Positions 35,744 through 48,155 of a stretch of DNA of 64,000 bases are shown here, piece by piece. Below the pieces are notes generated by a model, which saw only the letters and a list, made by a program, of their open reading frames with translations, did not search any database and was not told where the DNA came from. Every line of letters starts with the position of its first letter. The first letter of the stretch is position 1. Where the stretch lies: contig JALDZX010000008.1 in assembly GCA_022813865.1 (NCBI GenBank), positions 1 through 64,000 on the forward strand, read 5' to 3'. A program made the translations under genes and the position numbers. This DNA comes from Xylographa opegraphella. Lineage: Eukaryota.

Positions 35744-38700
35744 TTAGCACCCGTTCAAATAAGCCGTCACCGCCGAAGTGGCCGGGTCTACCTCCAAATA
35801 CTCGGCTCTTGCATCGGCGTTCAAGTCCGCAAACATGACCCTCAGTGCACCTGTTCCATCTCCCCCCAGTAATGCTGCGCCTTTCAATCCAGACACTCCC
35901 GCCAGCATGCGGGCCATCCTCCGGCGCGTCTCCGTTCAACCACAAGAACACTGCTCCCCCAGCTTGCTCGCTGAACTCGCGAAAGAAAAGATAGTCGGCC
36001 CATCCGTCTCCATTCACGTCGGCCAAAACGGTTTGATCGACGTTGCCGCCCACGCCGGTGGCGCTGCGTCTGCGGCAGCCACCCAACCTGAGCGCCATGT
36101 GCATCGGTTCCCTGTGCGGGCCCAAGATTGAGGTACACGATCGCCCCGCCATTGGAGTTAAGCGCGATATACTCAGCGCGGCTGTCATCGTTCAGGTCCG
36201 CGAAACGGATAGACGCACCGGGATATCCGATGCCATCGGCAACAAGGCCTTGTTGGTACCAGCCCACATTCGCGGGCGTCTGTCCATTACTGAGTTGACC
36301 CTGATTGAGCCATACGGATGCCGAGCCGTTTGGTTGGAGCCATATATACTCGGCGCGACCATCGCCGTTGAGATCAGCGAAGCGTACCTCTTCGCGGTGG
36401 GCTCCAACGCCACTGGCAATCTGGCCGAGGTCCCACCAGCCGATTGTGGCCCTTTGAAGACTCTCCTGTCCCTGAGGAGGTCCTTGGTTGTAGAACGCGT
36501 ATACTTCACCATTGGGACCGACCCAGAGGTACTCTGCACGACCATCACCGTCAAGATCGGCAAAGTGGACAGCGTGCACATTATTATACCCCATGGCTCT
36601 GCAGTTGGAGCCCACCTTTGTTGTCGAGTAAGCAGCAGGTCCTTCGATATGAGGCCCACAAACGCACATTGCAGGATCAGTAGTACTCGACGAGATCAGT
36701 TAATTGTGAAAGACATGATGAATCTGTTCCTAATACTTACCTGTCACCACAAATCAAATCACCGGGCGAATCTGCTCCGAGACCGGCTCCATTCGCAATC
36801 TCACCCTGTGGGATCCAGTTGGGATTGTTGTTGCAAAGGATTAGATGAGGGCCACTCCCGGGAGCTGAGCCTGCAACTGGTGTCGTGATCCAGCCCAACT
36901 CGATATTTGCGTATGCGATTGCATTGAACCATGCAGTAGCCATTTTCATGTAACCCTGATTTTTCGGATGGAGGTCGTCTTCATAGTCATTAGGGGATTA
37001 TAGACGCGAATACTGATCGACAAGAAAGACTTTGTAGCCTTGTGCAACGCGGCTCGAGACAACGTCAGGCAAAGCGGTATTGAAATCGAAAATGCGCGCT
37101 TGCGTGTCAGCAGCTCCAAAGGAATAATTTTCGCCACAAATATTGCAGCGTCAGGGCAGGCTGAAATGATTTTATCAACCAGATTTCCCAATCCCGTTGG
37201 GGCATTAGCAATGTCATCATTGTTGTTCATGTCGTTCGTCCCTGCATGTAACAATACGACATTTGGTCGTTGTGGAAGCGTTTCGGTTACTGCATCGGAG
37301 ATTTGATCAATCTCATACCCATAGTGCCCTTCGTTTTGATTGTTGGACATAGTACCTGCTCGAACAGAACCAATCGTTTCAACCTGATTTCTTGACAATG
37401 CGTTATGTAAGTCATTGCGGTAGCCATTGCCGTCTGTACTTTAATAGCCATTCGTTATAGAATCTACCCGCAATATTAGCGTCGTCTAGATGTGGTTCAC
37501 AACGGGCCATCAAAATTGCAGGCTTTCGAAGATCAAGAACTACTGTGCACTTACCACCTAAAGGCAAATTCGAAGATTCAATCCGGTCATTTCACCAAAC
37601 GTAAAAGCGTTAGCGAGCCAACCCATCTTTTCAACAATATACGATTCACCCAACTGGGTATCATCCAGAAAACCGTCGACCGTGAGGGAATTATTCCCAC
37701 TATTTCCAATTACATTGTCTTCGCATGGAATTGCCTCGTCAAAGGCGACCCAGCTACCAAATTCCGTATCGTTGATTATAGGGCTTCTGTCGGTGTCGAG
37801 ATCAAACTTTATTGAGCTTATCCGAACAGGTTCGGCTAGTTGTGGCATAAGTACTGGCTTCAGACTCCTAGACACAGTGGGAAAATATGGATGACTAAAG
37901 AGCATAGATCAGCAGTTGCAAGCACAGAATAAGGAGGCCGATCATACTCGCCGAGGCCATGCGCTTTTACATATTTTGCAAGAGCATATGGAGCAAAATT
38001 ATCAGCGCTTGCTTGAGTAAGTGTGCCTGTCGGAGTGGATCTCGTTACGTAACGTGCCAAGATCTTCGTCCAGTACGGATTGTATACAGCGCTAGACTCT
38101 ACCTTCTTTCCGGTCTTGATTTTAACTCTTCAGTCCCAGACGTGCTGGTTAGTATCGGGGGCATCCACGAAGTAGTCTAGGTGAGTAATCTCAAGAACAC
38201 ACCTCGCTAGATACAGTCAGTTTTCGTAAAATTATGCTGAACGTTGACCTTACCCCGATTCTCATAATTGTCCAGATTGAAGCGGTCGTCGGTATCTGTG
38301 AAGGCAAGCCCGGTTATCATAGCGTCGCTAAGACTAACGAAATTAAAGAAACGTGGGCAAAAATTGATCTGAAAATATCCCTGTCCATCATCTTGGTCGG
38401 AATATGCTTCAACGGTGCGGATCCTGCCACCAGGAGGTACGCATCTCGAAGCTGGGCAGATATTTCAAGGATCATCACAACGTACCTGCAAGCAGGGCTG
38501 TCAGTAACACTATTTCTGTCCAAAGCCGGCCAAGAAATCATCGAGTAGGGAAGGCTTACATGAATGTTATGTGATGCAGCGAAGAACGGAGGTGATCGAA
38601 CATCATTGATGTAAGACATGACACCTTGCGCAGCCGTCAGAACTTGTGTCTTGGGAGAAATAGCATGCTTACTTTGAATGTCCTTTTGTATACTGCTGCT

Positions 38701-39009
38701 GATGTCACTTTCAGGCCCAAAGAACTCGGTGGCGGCGGCTTCGGTCCAAGGCACATTCTGGTAGATGCCTTCCATGGATGCTATCTGATGCATTGTATCA
38801 TAAGCATCTTTGATGAATTGCTTCGAAAACGGCGCTTCGTCACAGCCATCGAAGCCAAAATATGCGGGTGCCGAACCAATTATTCCCTGAGTTGCAGGGG
38901 GATATGCTCCCGCTGGAACGGGATTTCCGCTGCCATCTATCTGAGACACAACGTATACAACCTTGGAAAGAAGGGCTAGAACGAGCAAGAGCGGACGACT
39001 TCTTGGCAT
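35744..39009 (-). pseudogene. Secreted zincin-like + SGNH (CE3-like) + FG-GAP/VCBS repeat protein, disrupted
   Basis: Signal peptide at 39009; EITH and ADNFAPYAL; SGNH blocks DSITNGY, LLHAGTND, DDLHP; five (F/L)AD(L/V)xxDxxAxY repeats ending NGC* at 35744. In-frame stops at 38130-38132, 37441-37443 and 36998-37000 plus several frameshifts. Confidence 0.88.
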
Positions 39010-39823
39010 TGTATGGACAAGGACGAGAACACGAGTAGTATAAAAAGAACCGGGATATACTCTTTAAAGGGAGCGCGGTTTAAGGCCTACACGCCGTACC
39101 AGTACCCAGCATGGCGCGTCTGATCAGACTTAGTCAAGCGTTGTCACTCAGGATTATTCGTCGGGTTCGTCGGCAATCCCGGTGACATAGTTTACATTCA
39201 TTTTGCAATTGTTCTTCGAGAACAAGTCAGCCGCCCCTTTTAGCTCATGAGGGCCAGGCAAACGGAGATTACCACGAAGCAGGATCAGAGCTTGAATTTT
39301 GATATACCCAGCTCGGCCCTGGAGGAAAGTACATGGGCGACATATGGAATCCTGATCTTGGTCTTGTGACCTTTTCTCAAGGAAGTTGTGGTCCCTCCAT
39401 GAAGCAATCGAAGCGGAAAAGAGGATCCATGCTCGACCAAGGTCACGGATACATGAGACGGATATCCCATTTCACGCAACCACGACCTCTAGAGTCACCG
39501 AGGATGCGTTCATAAGTGAATAGGGTGATTGGTGAGCACACAGTCTACCGAGAAAGATCACATATTGCTTGCGGCGGCACAGCGCTTTCCATAGCGGCAG
39601 GGCTCGCATGCTAACCTTCAAGCTGAGCGACGGGTCCGCTCGAAGGATTGTAGATTCAGCTAGTCGCCTTCACCCCTTGAATATTTAGGAACGTTTCGGC
39701 TGAGTCATTAAAGACTCCGGTATGGCACATGTATAGACAGGTCATGACCCCCCACTGAGCGCCATATAATGCTAAAAGTAGCAGGAGATGCCAGCGTTCT
39801 GAGACCAGAAAACATAATACTCG

Positions 39824-39993
39824 TGCTGGATAACCCGAATATTTGATAGTCGTCCTGTAGGTACCCAGGTCGGAAAGGGCTAGGGAGAACACAGCATGGT
39901 CAGCAGCCCCATGTCTCCATATCTCAGCGTGTGATACGGAGGAAATCCTGCTGGAGGACCCGAATAGTTCATAGTGGTCCTGTAGGTACCCAG
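39824..39993. repeat. 45-bp direct repeat, two copies (40/45 identical)
   Basis: 39824-39868 tgctggataacccgaatatttgatagtcgtcctgtaggtacccag versus 39949-39993 tgctggaggacccgaatagttcatagtggtcctgtaggtacccag. Confidence 0.9.
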
Positions 39994-40469
39994 TATTCTG
40001 CTGGATTCAGCTCAACGCGTGCATCTCGAGGCTCTGCGCGATGTCGCAAGGATGCGGAGAAGATCGAATGGGTGCAGTGCGTTACATCATGACAAGAAAG
40101 CAATCTCAGTGTTTGCTTGGCCTGGACCGTGCGATCTCACTGACGGGATACCTTTCGTCGTACGAAGAAGAATGGCAGCGTAAGGCATTACGACATTAGA
40201 CGCAGCGCCTCTAAGCGGCGGTCCCAAGAGACTCAGAGAGCCGCCGCGTATTACTCCAAGCCCCCTAAAATCAGAAGGCTCTAACCGTCAGCCTGACTCG
40301 GCTCCGCTAAGCAGCTCTCCTTCAACTTCGTACTCCAGACCAAGGTACCTTACTGATAAATAGCCTCGAGTCGAGTCTCTTTTATTTTGAGTGGCAAGGT
40401 GTCGGATGCAAAACTAACAGTATAGGACGCCCTCCTGCCCAGGAGCGTTGCGGACTGCCATTCTTCGAA

Positions 40470-41111
40470 ATGGGCTCTGGACAATCCGCTCCACAGAGGC
40501 CAGAACGACCGAGTGGCGAGAGGGACGGCGACATCAAGCCCAGGGCTCGATTGAATATCTGCCCGCACCCGATTGACCAAGATCTGACTCGCCGTGCGGT
40601 GTTCGAAGGTCATGGCTGTACTATTTTCGCTTATCCTTCTACTGGCGGAGTCGTCATAAAGAACGATGCAGATCTCGTCGACATGGAGTTCCTAGGACTA
40701 GACCGCTTCTCTCCTTGTGAGAAGCGTTACGACGACGACGTCCAAGAGACTATGTTCAGTCGTCAGGTGAGGAAAGTGGGTGGCAAGTGGTGGCCCGATA
40801 TGGATAGATACGTGAATGTCACTGTAGGCGCCAAGCAGCCGATCGCAGAGGAAAGGGTGGAGAGATACTTTGGCTGGCCAAACCAAGATGCGCGGTCGGA
40901 GAACTCATCAGAAGATACAAAACCGAAGGAAACCGGAGTGTATGTCCTCGAATACAATGTCGACGATCCCGAGGAGATTGAGACCGCAAGGTTGAGAATG
41001 GCCATCTCCATGGCCGAGAAGGTCGAGCTTATGAAAAGGATGGGCGCCACATTCTATCCAGATCCCAGGGATTATGAAGGGCTCAAGGACGCTTATGATC
41101 GCCGTGAATAA
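40470..41111 (+). CDS. Hypothetical 213-aa protein with a predicted N-myristoylation start (MGSGQS)
   Basis: Intact intronless ORF with protein-like composition (FAYPSTGGVVIK, RKVGGKWW, KRMGATFY); Gly2 and Ser6. Confidence 0.75.
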   Translation: MGSGQSAPQRPERPSGERDGDIKPRARLNICPHPIDQDLTRRAVFEGHGCTIFAYPSTGGVVIKNDADLVDMEFLGLDRFSPCEKRYDDDVQETMFSRQVRKVGGKWWPDMDRYVNVTVGAKQPIAEERVERYFGWPNQDARSENSSEDTKPKETGVYVLEYNVDDPEEIETARLRMAISMAEKVELMKRMGATFYPDPRDYEGLKDAYDRRE

Positions 41112-41499
41112 GTCACGAAGCTTGTCCTTCCGGAGGGCCACTTCTACGATTTGTTGCTTTGCTTTGGTACCTATTCATTTCTCATGAAACCTGGAGACTA
41201 GTTTGACACTCTCGCTGTCTGCGTAGCGGCATTCTCGGCCTTCTCCACCTACCTTGTGGGTGCTATTTTCACCCGAGCACTTGGGTGTTAAGCAGAGGCG
41301 TCAACATGAATTACAGCCAAGTCTCACTTCCCAGTCACTGATCACTGTCGTACGGGGCTTTCCGCGTCACAAGAAACTGATAAGTGGGACGCTCTTAACA
41401 GATACAATGCACTTCAAGTATGAGCCCGTGCTTCCCACATCTTTTTGGCTTATCTGTGCGTACGCAGGCCCTAGTACTAACAATATTCACGTAGCTTGT

Positions 41500-41690
41500 G
41501 CTCGCTGGATGTGGCACGGGTGTGCGAAGGGGTGACAGAGCTGTTTATGATTATAATGCGAGGAACAAATGGGGCTGGGGTGAAAGTTATGTTTGGTGGA
41601 TGGGTGCTGCTGATAAAGGGGAGATGGCCGCTGGTTGTGAGGGTGAATGAGGAAAGACGGGGGATAATTGGGAGAGGGTTGCCGTTGGGC
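41500..41690 (+). pseudogene. Second NUDIX gene remnant (3' fragment)
   Basis: ctcgctggatgtggcacgggtgtgcgaaggggtgacagagctgtttatgattat aligns with ctcgccggatatagcgcgggtgtgcgaggggtgacggagccgtttatggttat at 35365; it translates SLDVARVCEGVTELFMI. Confidence 0.75.
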
Positions 41691-42172
41691 TACTTGATTA
41701 CGAAGTGGTTTTAGAGAAGCTCACGTTTCGGCTAAAGCGTAAGGTTATAAAGCGGTACGATTGGGATTATCCTGGATACCGCTCGCGGGGCGTAAGAGTT
41801 GAGCACATTAGAACAATTGATCGAATTAAAGCGATTGGGTAAAGACAAGCCTTTGGCGTCGCTAAGACTAACGAAGTCTAATAAGGTTGGTTCGGAACAG
41901 ATAACTGTATTAAACAATACGGTAAATTAGATAGCAGCTCACACCTACTTAAGGGTTATATCACCCTGATAACGTACGTACTGTGGTAGTAGATTCGCGC
42001 GACGCTCAGCCGCGTTTCGCGCGACCTAAAGCGGCGCTCACCCGACTCCCCATCGGGGGTGAGGTCGGGGTAGATTTGTGTCTTCTTGGCATCCGTCAAC
42101 CACGACCTACTATCAGGCGCCCGCACCGAATAAACACTACTTTCAGATGAGCTAATTCGGTGAACTGTAGAC

Positions 42173-43565
42173 ATGCCTAAAAGGAAACGGGGTGAAGAAC
42201 ATACATCCACCAGTGATGTTGTGCGCACATCTGGCCGTACTTCGCGCACCCACCATGCGCAGGCCGCACAGGTCGATGGGGCGATCGGTAATGGCAAGAA
42301 AAGCCTGTTCAAAGCGCTGAAAACCGCAAGGGGTTTCGAGCGACAAAAACTTGGGCGTAGGCAGAAGACTGCCAGCGAAGCAAATCTAGAAGACGATGTC
42401 AAACGGTTAGCAACAGAGGTAGCGGCTCTCAAGGTTCGCCATGTAGTCTGATTGAGATCCGAACTGCGATTAATAGTGTATGCAGAGCTTAGACCTTGCT
42501 GCAACGGCCGAAACGCATCTATATAAATCCCTGCTGAAGACAAAGTCGATCGCTTCTTCGTCGGCGCTGCCGTCTTATGTGGTTCTGAAAAACAATGCAT
42601 CCAATGATGCTCATAGTGCAGCGCAGAGGAACGTCACCGCCCGGCTCTACAATTCAAATCCTGTCAAAGTTGTCATGGCGGAGGTCATGGGAACGATTCG
42701 AAAAGCCATGGCCATTCAAATACCAAATCGTCCTAGAAACGTAAAACAAAAGAAGATCTCTTTCGAGACCAGAAATGTGTCTGATACAGCAGAACAGAGT
42801 GCAGGACTCTCTGAGCTGGAAGCTCCTGAACCGGGTTCAGACCTCACCTTACATGACGATCATGAAAGTTCGAGTGATATCGAGCTCGAAGGACACGAAG
42901 ATTACTCTGGCAGGTTGGCAAATAGCACAACTGAGGACGATCTGTCTGCGGATGAAATGAAGGGCACTATTCCAGCCGGAAAATCTACGACTAGGTTAAG
43001 GCAGTCAAGTTTCAGCCCGGTGCGGTCTCCATCACCTCGGCTTGCGGCCTCCAAATCTCCAAATCGCAATAAGTCCAGCCAAGCAATGAAATCGACGACC
43101 TTTCTCCCCTCTCTCACGTTAGGTGGATACTTGTCCAACTCCGACTCTGCGGGGTCTGACTCCGATTCCCGGGCTGCCAACGTCACTACGCGGAAGAACA
43201 GGATGGGTCAGCAAGCACGACGGCAGCTGTGGGAGAAGAAGTTTGGCCACAAGGCGAACCACATCAAGAAGCAGGGTAGGGATCAAGGTTGGGATCTGAA
43301 AAAAGGGGCCCAGGGCGGCGACGAGAGAGGTTCTAGGGCAAGAGGGAGAGGGGGTTACAGGAATGTTACTAGCGGTTCACGACCTCGCAAAATTGTCCAA
43401 GGTGCCAGTGGAGCAAATAGCGATCCGCTAGGTCCTCGACGTGAGAAACCAGGCAAGGCGGACAAAGTAGACGGGCCTCTACATCCGTCCTGGGTGGCGG
43501 CGAAGAAATTGAAAGAGGGGAAGAAAGCCCTTGCTTTTGAAGGGAAGAAGATCGTGTTCGACTAG
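42173..43565 (+). CDS. BUD22: Bud22/SRFBP1 ribosome biogenesis factor
   Basis: ALKTARGFERQKLGRR, STTFLPSLTLGGY, KNRMGQQARRQLWEKKFG, LHPSWVAAKKLKE, FEGKKIVFD; intron about 42434-42485. Confidence 0.93.
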
Positions 43566-44312
43566 AATGGCCGTTCGAGGCCCATCAAAGTGACAGCAGA
43601 GTAATCCCACTATCGAGTGCAAATGATTATTAGCAGGTCCAACACCGGTGATGACCATCTTCTTCATTTGTCATACCCCACGTAGCTCTATGTTGGATGC
43701 TCCCATTCGTTGTTGAGACAGAGCTTGACTTCATCCATCGGCGACCTCATGGACCGGTCGGACATGCATATGGTCAGTCCCTAGACAGCGTCGTTCAGCA
43801 GAATGCAGGTTCTATAAAAACGTGTCGCACAGCTCGCATGAAACCCAGCCATTGCCTCCCAAACTGTTGGATGCACCGCCGCCGCAGATATACGCCCGCT
43901 TGGGACACACAACGACGTTGATGAGAGCACGTGAGCCAGCTTCTGTGCTGAAGAGAAGAGCACGATTTGGGGCACTGATTGGTCGAGATTCCTTTCAGAG
44001 GAGCTCCTGAGCAACGTACACAGCAACACGGGTCGCGCAGATGCTTTCCTGAGATCATCGAGATTTGCGGCGAACATGTGGCCGCTTGCGAGCTGGTGAA
44101 CTTTGTACGACTCGGAAAGCACTGCATGTTCTACATAATCTAGCACATACATCAATAAGATGTATAGCAGCACTGTGCCATGTAGAAGTGTTTGATTGCC
44201 GGCTATATACTAGAAGTTTATTCGAGCCTTGTGGTAAGTTGTATTTCAAACGTCAGCTATCAGCGTCCGGCACGGGACCAAGGCTCGGTAAAGCCCAAGA
44301 TACCTCTTACCA

Positions 44313-46493
44313 CTATTTCGTCATCACCCCTGTGTCTGGCAGGACAGTCTTCTCAGTCTCGGAATTGCGGCTGGATGATGCTTTATCATCGACAATGTCA
44401 AAGCGATAAAGTGGCTCCAACGTAGCCGACTTCTGAAAACACACGTATCTCTTAAACCAGTATGGCAGGGTCTTGGTAATCTGGTAGTGCACGTGTGTAC
44501 GCGTGGGAACTGCAAACACATAGTCCAGCTCTTCGAGGGTCCGCTGTTTGGTCTCTGGAACGAAGAGAAAGATCATGACCAAGGCAACAACGTTGAGCCC
44601 GGCGTAAAAGCCAAATGCGCCAGTCACGCCGAACGCTTTGAGTAGAGCCGGAAACGTAATCGACAGAACGGCCGCATAGAACAGGCAGGTTGCCACCGCC
44701 CAGCCCATACCAACCTCGCGATGAGACAGAGGGAACACCTCGGCAGAATACGTGAATGGCACCGGGCCTTCACCAGGCGAATAGAAGGCAGCGAAAAGGA
44801 ACACGAAGAAGGCAATCATCCCTAAGTGGGCGGTGGATTCAGAAGGAATGTAGTAGCAAAAGCCGGCCGCTAGTAGAGTCCATGCCATCTGAGGAAATGT
44901 AAAGAGAAGCAAATTCCGGCGTCCGAACGTGTCAATCGTCCAGATTGCGGGCCAAGCAAAGAGGAAATTCACCGCCCCGAAACCCCAAGAGGCAAGGAGA
45001 GCATGAAAGGCATCAGCTCCGGACAGCACAAAGATTGTGGATGAATAAAAGGCCACGATGTTTATTCCACACATCTGTTGTGCAATCATAACAGTCCATG
45101 AGGCCAATGTAGCACGTCGGACCCTGGGAATGGTGAAGAGCTCAATAAATCTGGTGACATAGTTACTCTGACCGATGATTTCGGATTCTTCGATCAGCTG
45201 TGCGTGGATATAATATAGATCGCGTGCGGCTTGAAGGGGGGTATTTCTAAGCCGGCAGAGAGATTTGAAAGCGTCGGCATATCGCCCTTTCTTAATATAC
45301 CATCGTGGTGATTCGGGGCAGAAATAGACCCCAAATACTAGTGGAACAGCTGGAATGAAGGCGGATCCCAGCTGCAATCGCCATGATAGGGCTCCCGTAT
45401 TATAGACAGCTAAGTTGGCACTAAATCCGAGGAATATACCAAAGGCAGTCTACGCATAGACGAGTCAGGCTTTACCAACTTGTAATGATTTGGTGTCGGA
45501 GAAACTTACCCACATCTGCCACGACATGACCAAAGCCCCGCGAATAGAGGCCGGAGCGTTTTCTGCAGAGTAGATTGGAACCGTAGAAGCTTTACAACCC
45601 ATGCCGATGCCAAGCAGCAGACGAGTTACGAAGAGCTGCGGCCACGATTGGGAGCACGCAGAACCAATTACAGACAGAAGACAAAACACCGCCGAGATGA
45701 AAATGGTACCACGGCGACCTAGGTAGTAGTTTGCTGGATCAGATAGCCAGCAGCCACTATTGCCAAGGATTAGTTCCATAAGTTTGTATCTTGAGAGAGA
45801 CGGAATTACATCAAGGCAGACGCAATATATGGAGCCGAGTTCACAATTCCAACGATCCAGGCGTTGATTGCGGGATCTGTAGGGCTTTCATCTGGAACTC
45901 CAAAGGCATCTGGCCACGATAAGTTGGCCCCATTAGAACCTAAAAAGGATGTCAGCGGAAGAAATGAGTCCACGAGAAGTTGAGCATGCCTGTTTGATCC
46001 CAGCCCTGCACGGCAGCACCAATGGAACACAAGATAACAGTCGCATAGAGCGCTTTTGGCTGGCGCCATTTATGAAGGACCTCGTTCCGAAGTGCTTCAC
46101 GCTCCGCCTCCTCAAGCTCACTGACATGTTCAAATCCAGCGGGATTCTGAGCGACTAGTGCACCTCGTTGAAGCAGAGCGATGTGTTCCGAGAGGTTGAC
46201 ATCTCGCGCAAACTCCTCGACGTTGTGCAACAGGGTATGGCGTGGAATATCAGCCAACGGATTTTCGATCCTGCGGCGACATCAGCATATTGCGCCCACG
46301 AATCAAGAGTCCAGGCCGGGAGACCCACCTTGCGGTGACATTGTTGTTCAAATTGACGGATTGGCGACGTCCTCGTTCGGTCTGAAACCTGATAGGAAGT
46401 AAGTCCCTTGCCGCTACATCTTTGGCCCAGACATCTGTAAGAACGGAGCGAGCAATCTCACTCATCCTGTTTCAGCTGACTCTTTTCAGACAT
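44313..46493 (-). CDS. MFS sugar porter, polyol/myo-inositol transporter-like, multi-exon
   Basis: [81 protein letters not shown]. Start at 46493 is inferred (MSEKSQLK). Confidence 0.92.
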
Positions 46494-48078
46494 TTTCCCA
46501 AAGCAACAAGCAGCAATGCCGGAAAGATTGGAACTTTTCGCCGCTGTGATTCGAGTTCTGTACGGGCGTATATGGACTGCTCGCAAATTCGCTATGTATA
46601 TATGGCTGACAGGACTAAGCAGGTGTGACGGGGTGCAGGCTCTTTATAGAATATTATGGTATCTAGTTGAGGAATGCCCGTCGGCTCCCCCGTATTATGC
46701 AGGTCTGTGACCGTTGCAGGGAGGGTCCAGCAAGCAGAGATCGAGCAGTCACGGCGGTGTAAACAGTCGATCGTTGCCTGCATGCAGCATCAAGGTTTGC
46801 GGAGCAGCGACGAGCCATGGGCCTTGGATTGGCGCAGCTGGTAGCGCAGTGAAACGTCGACTGCTTCTACCCCTCTACGGCTGATCCTCTGGAGGGAGAT
46901 AGGAGTGAGATCCTGGACGAAAGTGGTGTTATCGATGCGGTCATTTGGCCACTTATGAAGGTGGTTGCAGTGCTAGCGCATGTGGATGGATATGCTGTGG
47001 CATGTGGAGGAGCGGCGAACAGTCTACATTATGGATTGCGAGATACTTCGACCCGTTACGAAATGAGCACGATATCCTAATGGAACAGCAGGAGATCAAT
47101 ACGGTAAATGGACGGGCTGAAGTTCAGGTACCCGAGCTCTCTGACATCTTTGCTTGAATAACAAAGGAAAGTTGAAGATACTTCAAGCCGCTCTGCACGG
47201 TTTCATGGTCCCACCCCACATTGCACTAGGCCAGGATAGGACTAGGATAAAGCATTCCATCCCACTAGATCCCGCGCGAAAGGGTCTGAAAGATTCCAGG
47301 ACTATGCCACACGGGGGAAAAGTGGATTTCCTGATTAGAGTAGTCGTACAGTGAACCTTACCTAGTAAGTAAAATACTTTACACTCGGCTTGGATACTGC
47401 ACTCATGTCCCAACCGAAGCACATTGTTTAGTGAAATCGAGATGATGTTCAGCAACTAGACCCGGGTGAAAATCCATACAACCATCTGACACATCGAACG
47501 ATGAGAATCAAGGATAGAACGGAGGCCTGTATGCCGAAGTTTTGGCTAAAGGACCGCGCATAGGAACGGAGCTCCACTTGGTCAGGCTTTTATCCGCATC
47601 CATAAGGATATCGCTCATATTGCAGTCGAAGAAGAAGCCCCATGGTCAAGCCGCTGAGTTCCAACATGGTACTGGACGTTCTTCCCACAAAATCAGAGGA
47701 TATGTTTCACTGAGCCGCTTTCCGGAAACCTCGTGGCAAACCACTCGTGCAGGTGCCCCTTGTAATTATCGAAACCGTGGTTGGGGTATAGTTATCTCAT
47801 TCTCTGTAGTAGAGAACTATCGTAGACTAGGATAGTCGACAAGGTCCGTGTTGCATCTCTGTCATTCAACAGCTCATGGCGACCGCTGTACGCATACTGC
47901 GGAGTACCAAAGGGGCAATGATGCTAGATTTGTATTGAACGGTACTGTGGCATTGCTAGGAGACTATATGGAAACTTTGTGGTGTATTAATACGCAAAGT
48001 GCTCAGTACACTGCTGCGATTTATTCAAACTTGGAAGTACTCCATATGTCAAATGTGGAGGCAAGCGACAAAGCCAAA

Positions 48079-48090
48079 ACGCGTCGCGTT
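48079..48090. promoter_or_regulatory. Tandem MCB-like elements (ACGCGT CGCGTT) upstream of NSE2
   Basis: ACGCGT plus an adjacent CGCGT about 70 bp before the ATG of a DNA-repair gene; matches the MBF-type site. Confidence 0.5.
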
Positions 48091-48155
48091 CCGCTCTTCG
48101 CCGCACATCCATAATTAGGGACTATCCCATACCGAGGAGATAACAATCCATCGCA

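Noticed and set aside
33400..41960. Calling the island a Starship or other intact transposon
   Set aside because: No tyrosine-recombinase captain, transposase, terminal repeats or target-site duplication identified.
43690..44250. Overlapping short ORFs between BUD22 and the transporter
   Set aside because: No recognisable domain; likely convergent 3' UTR or intergenic sequence.
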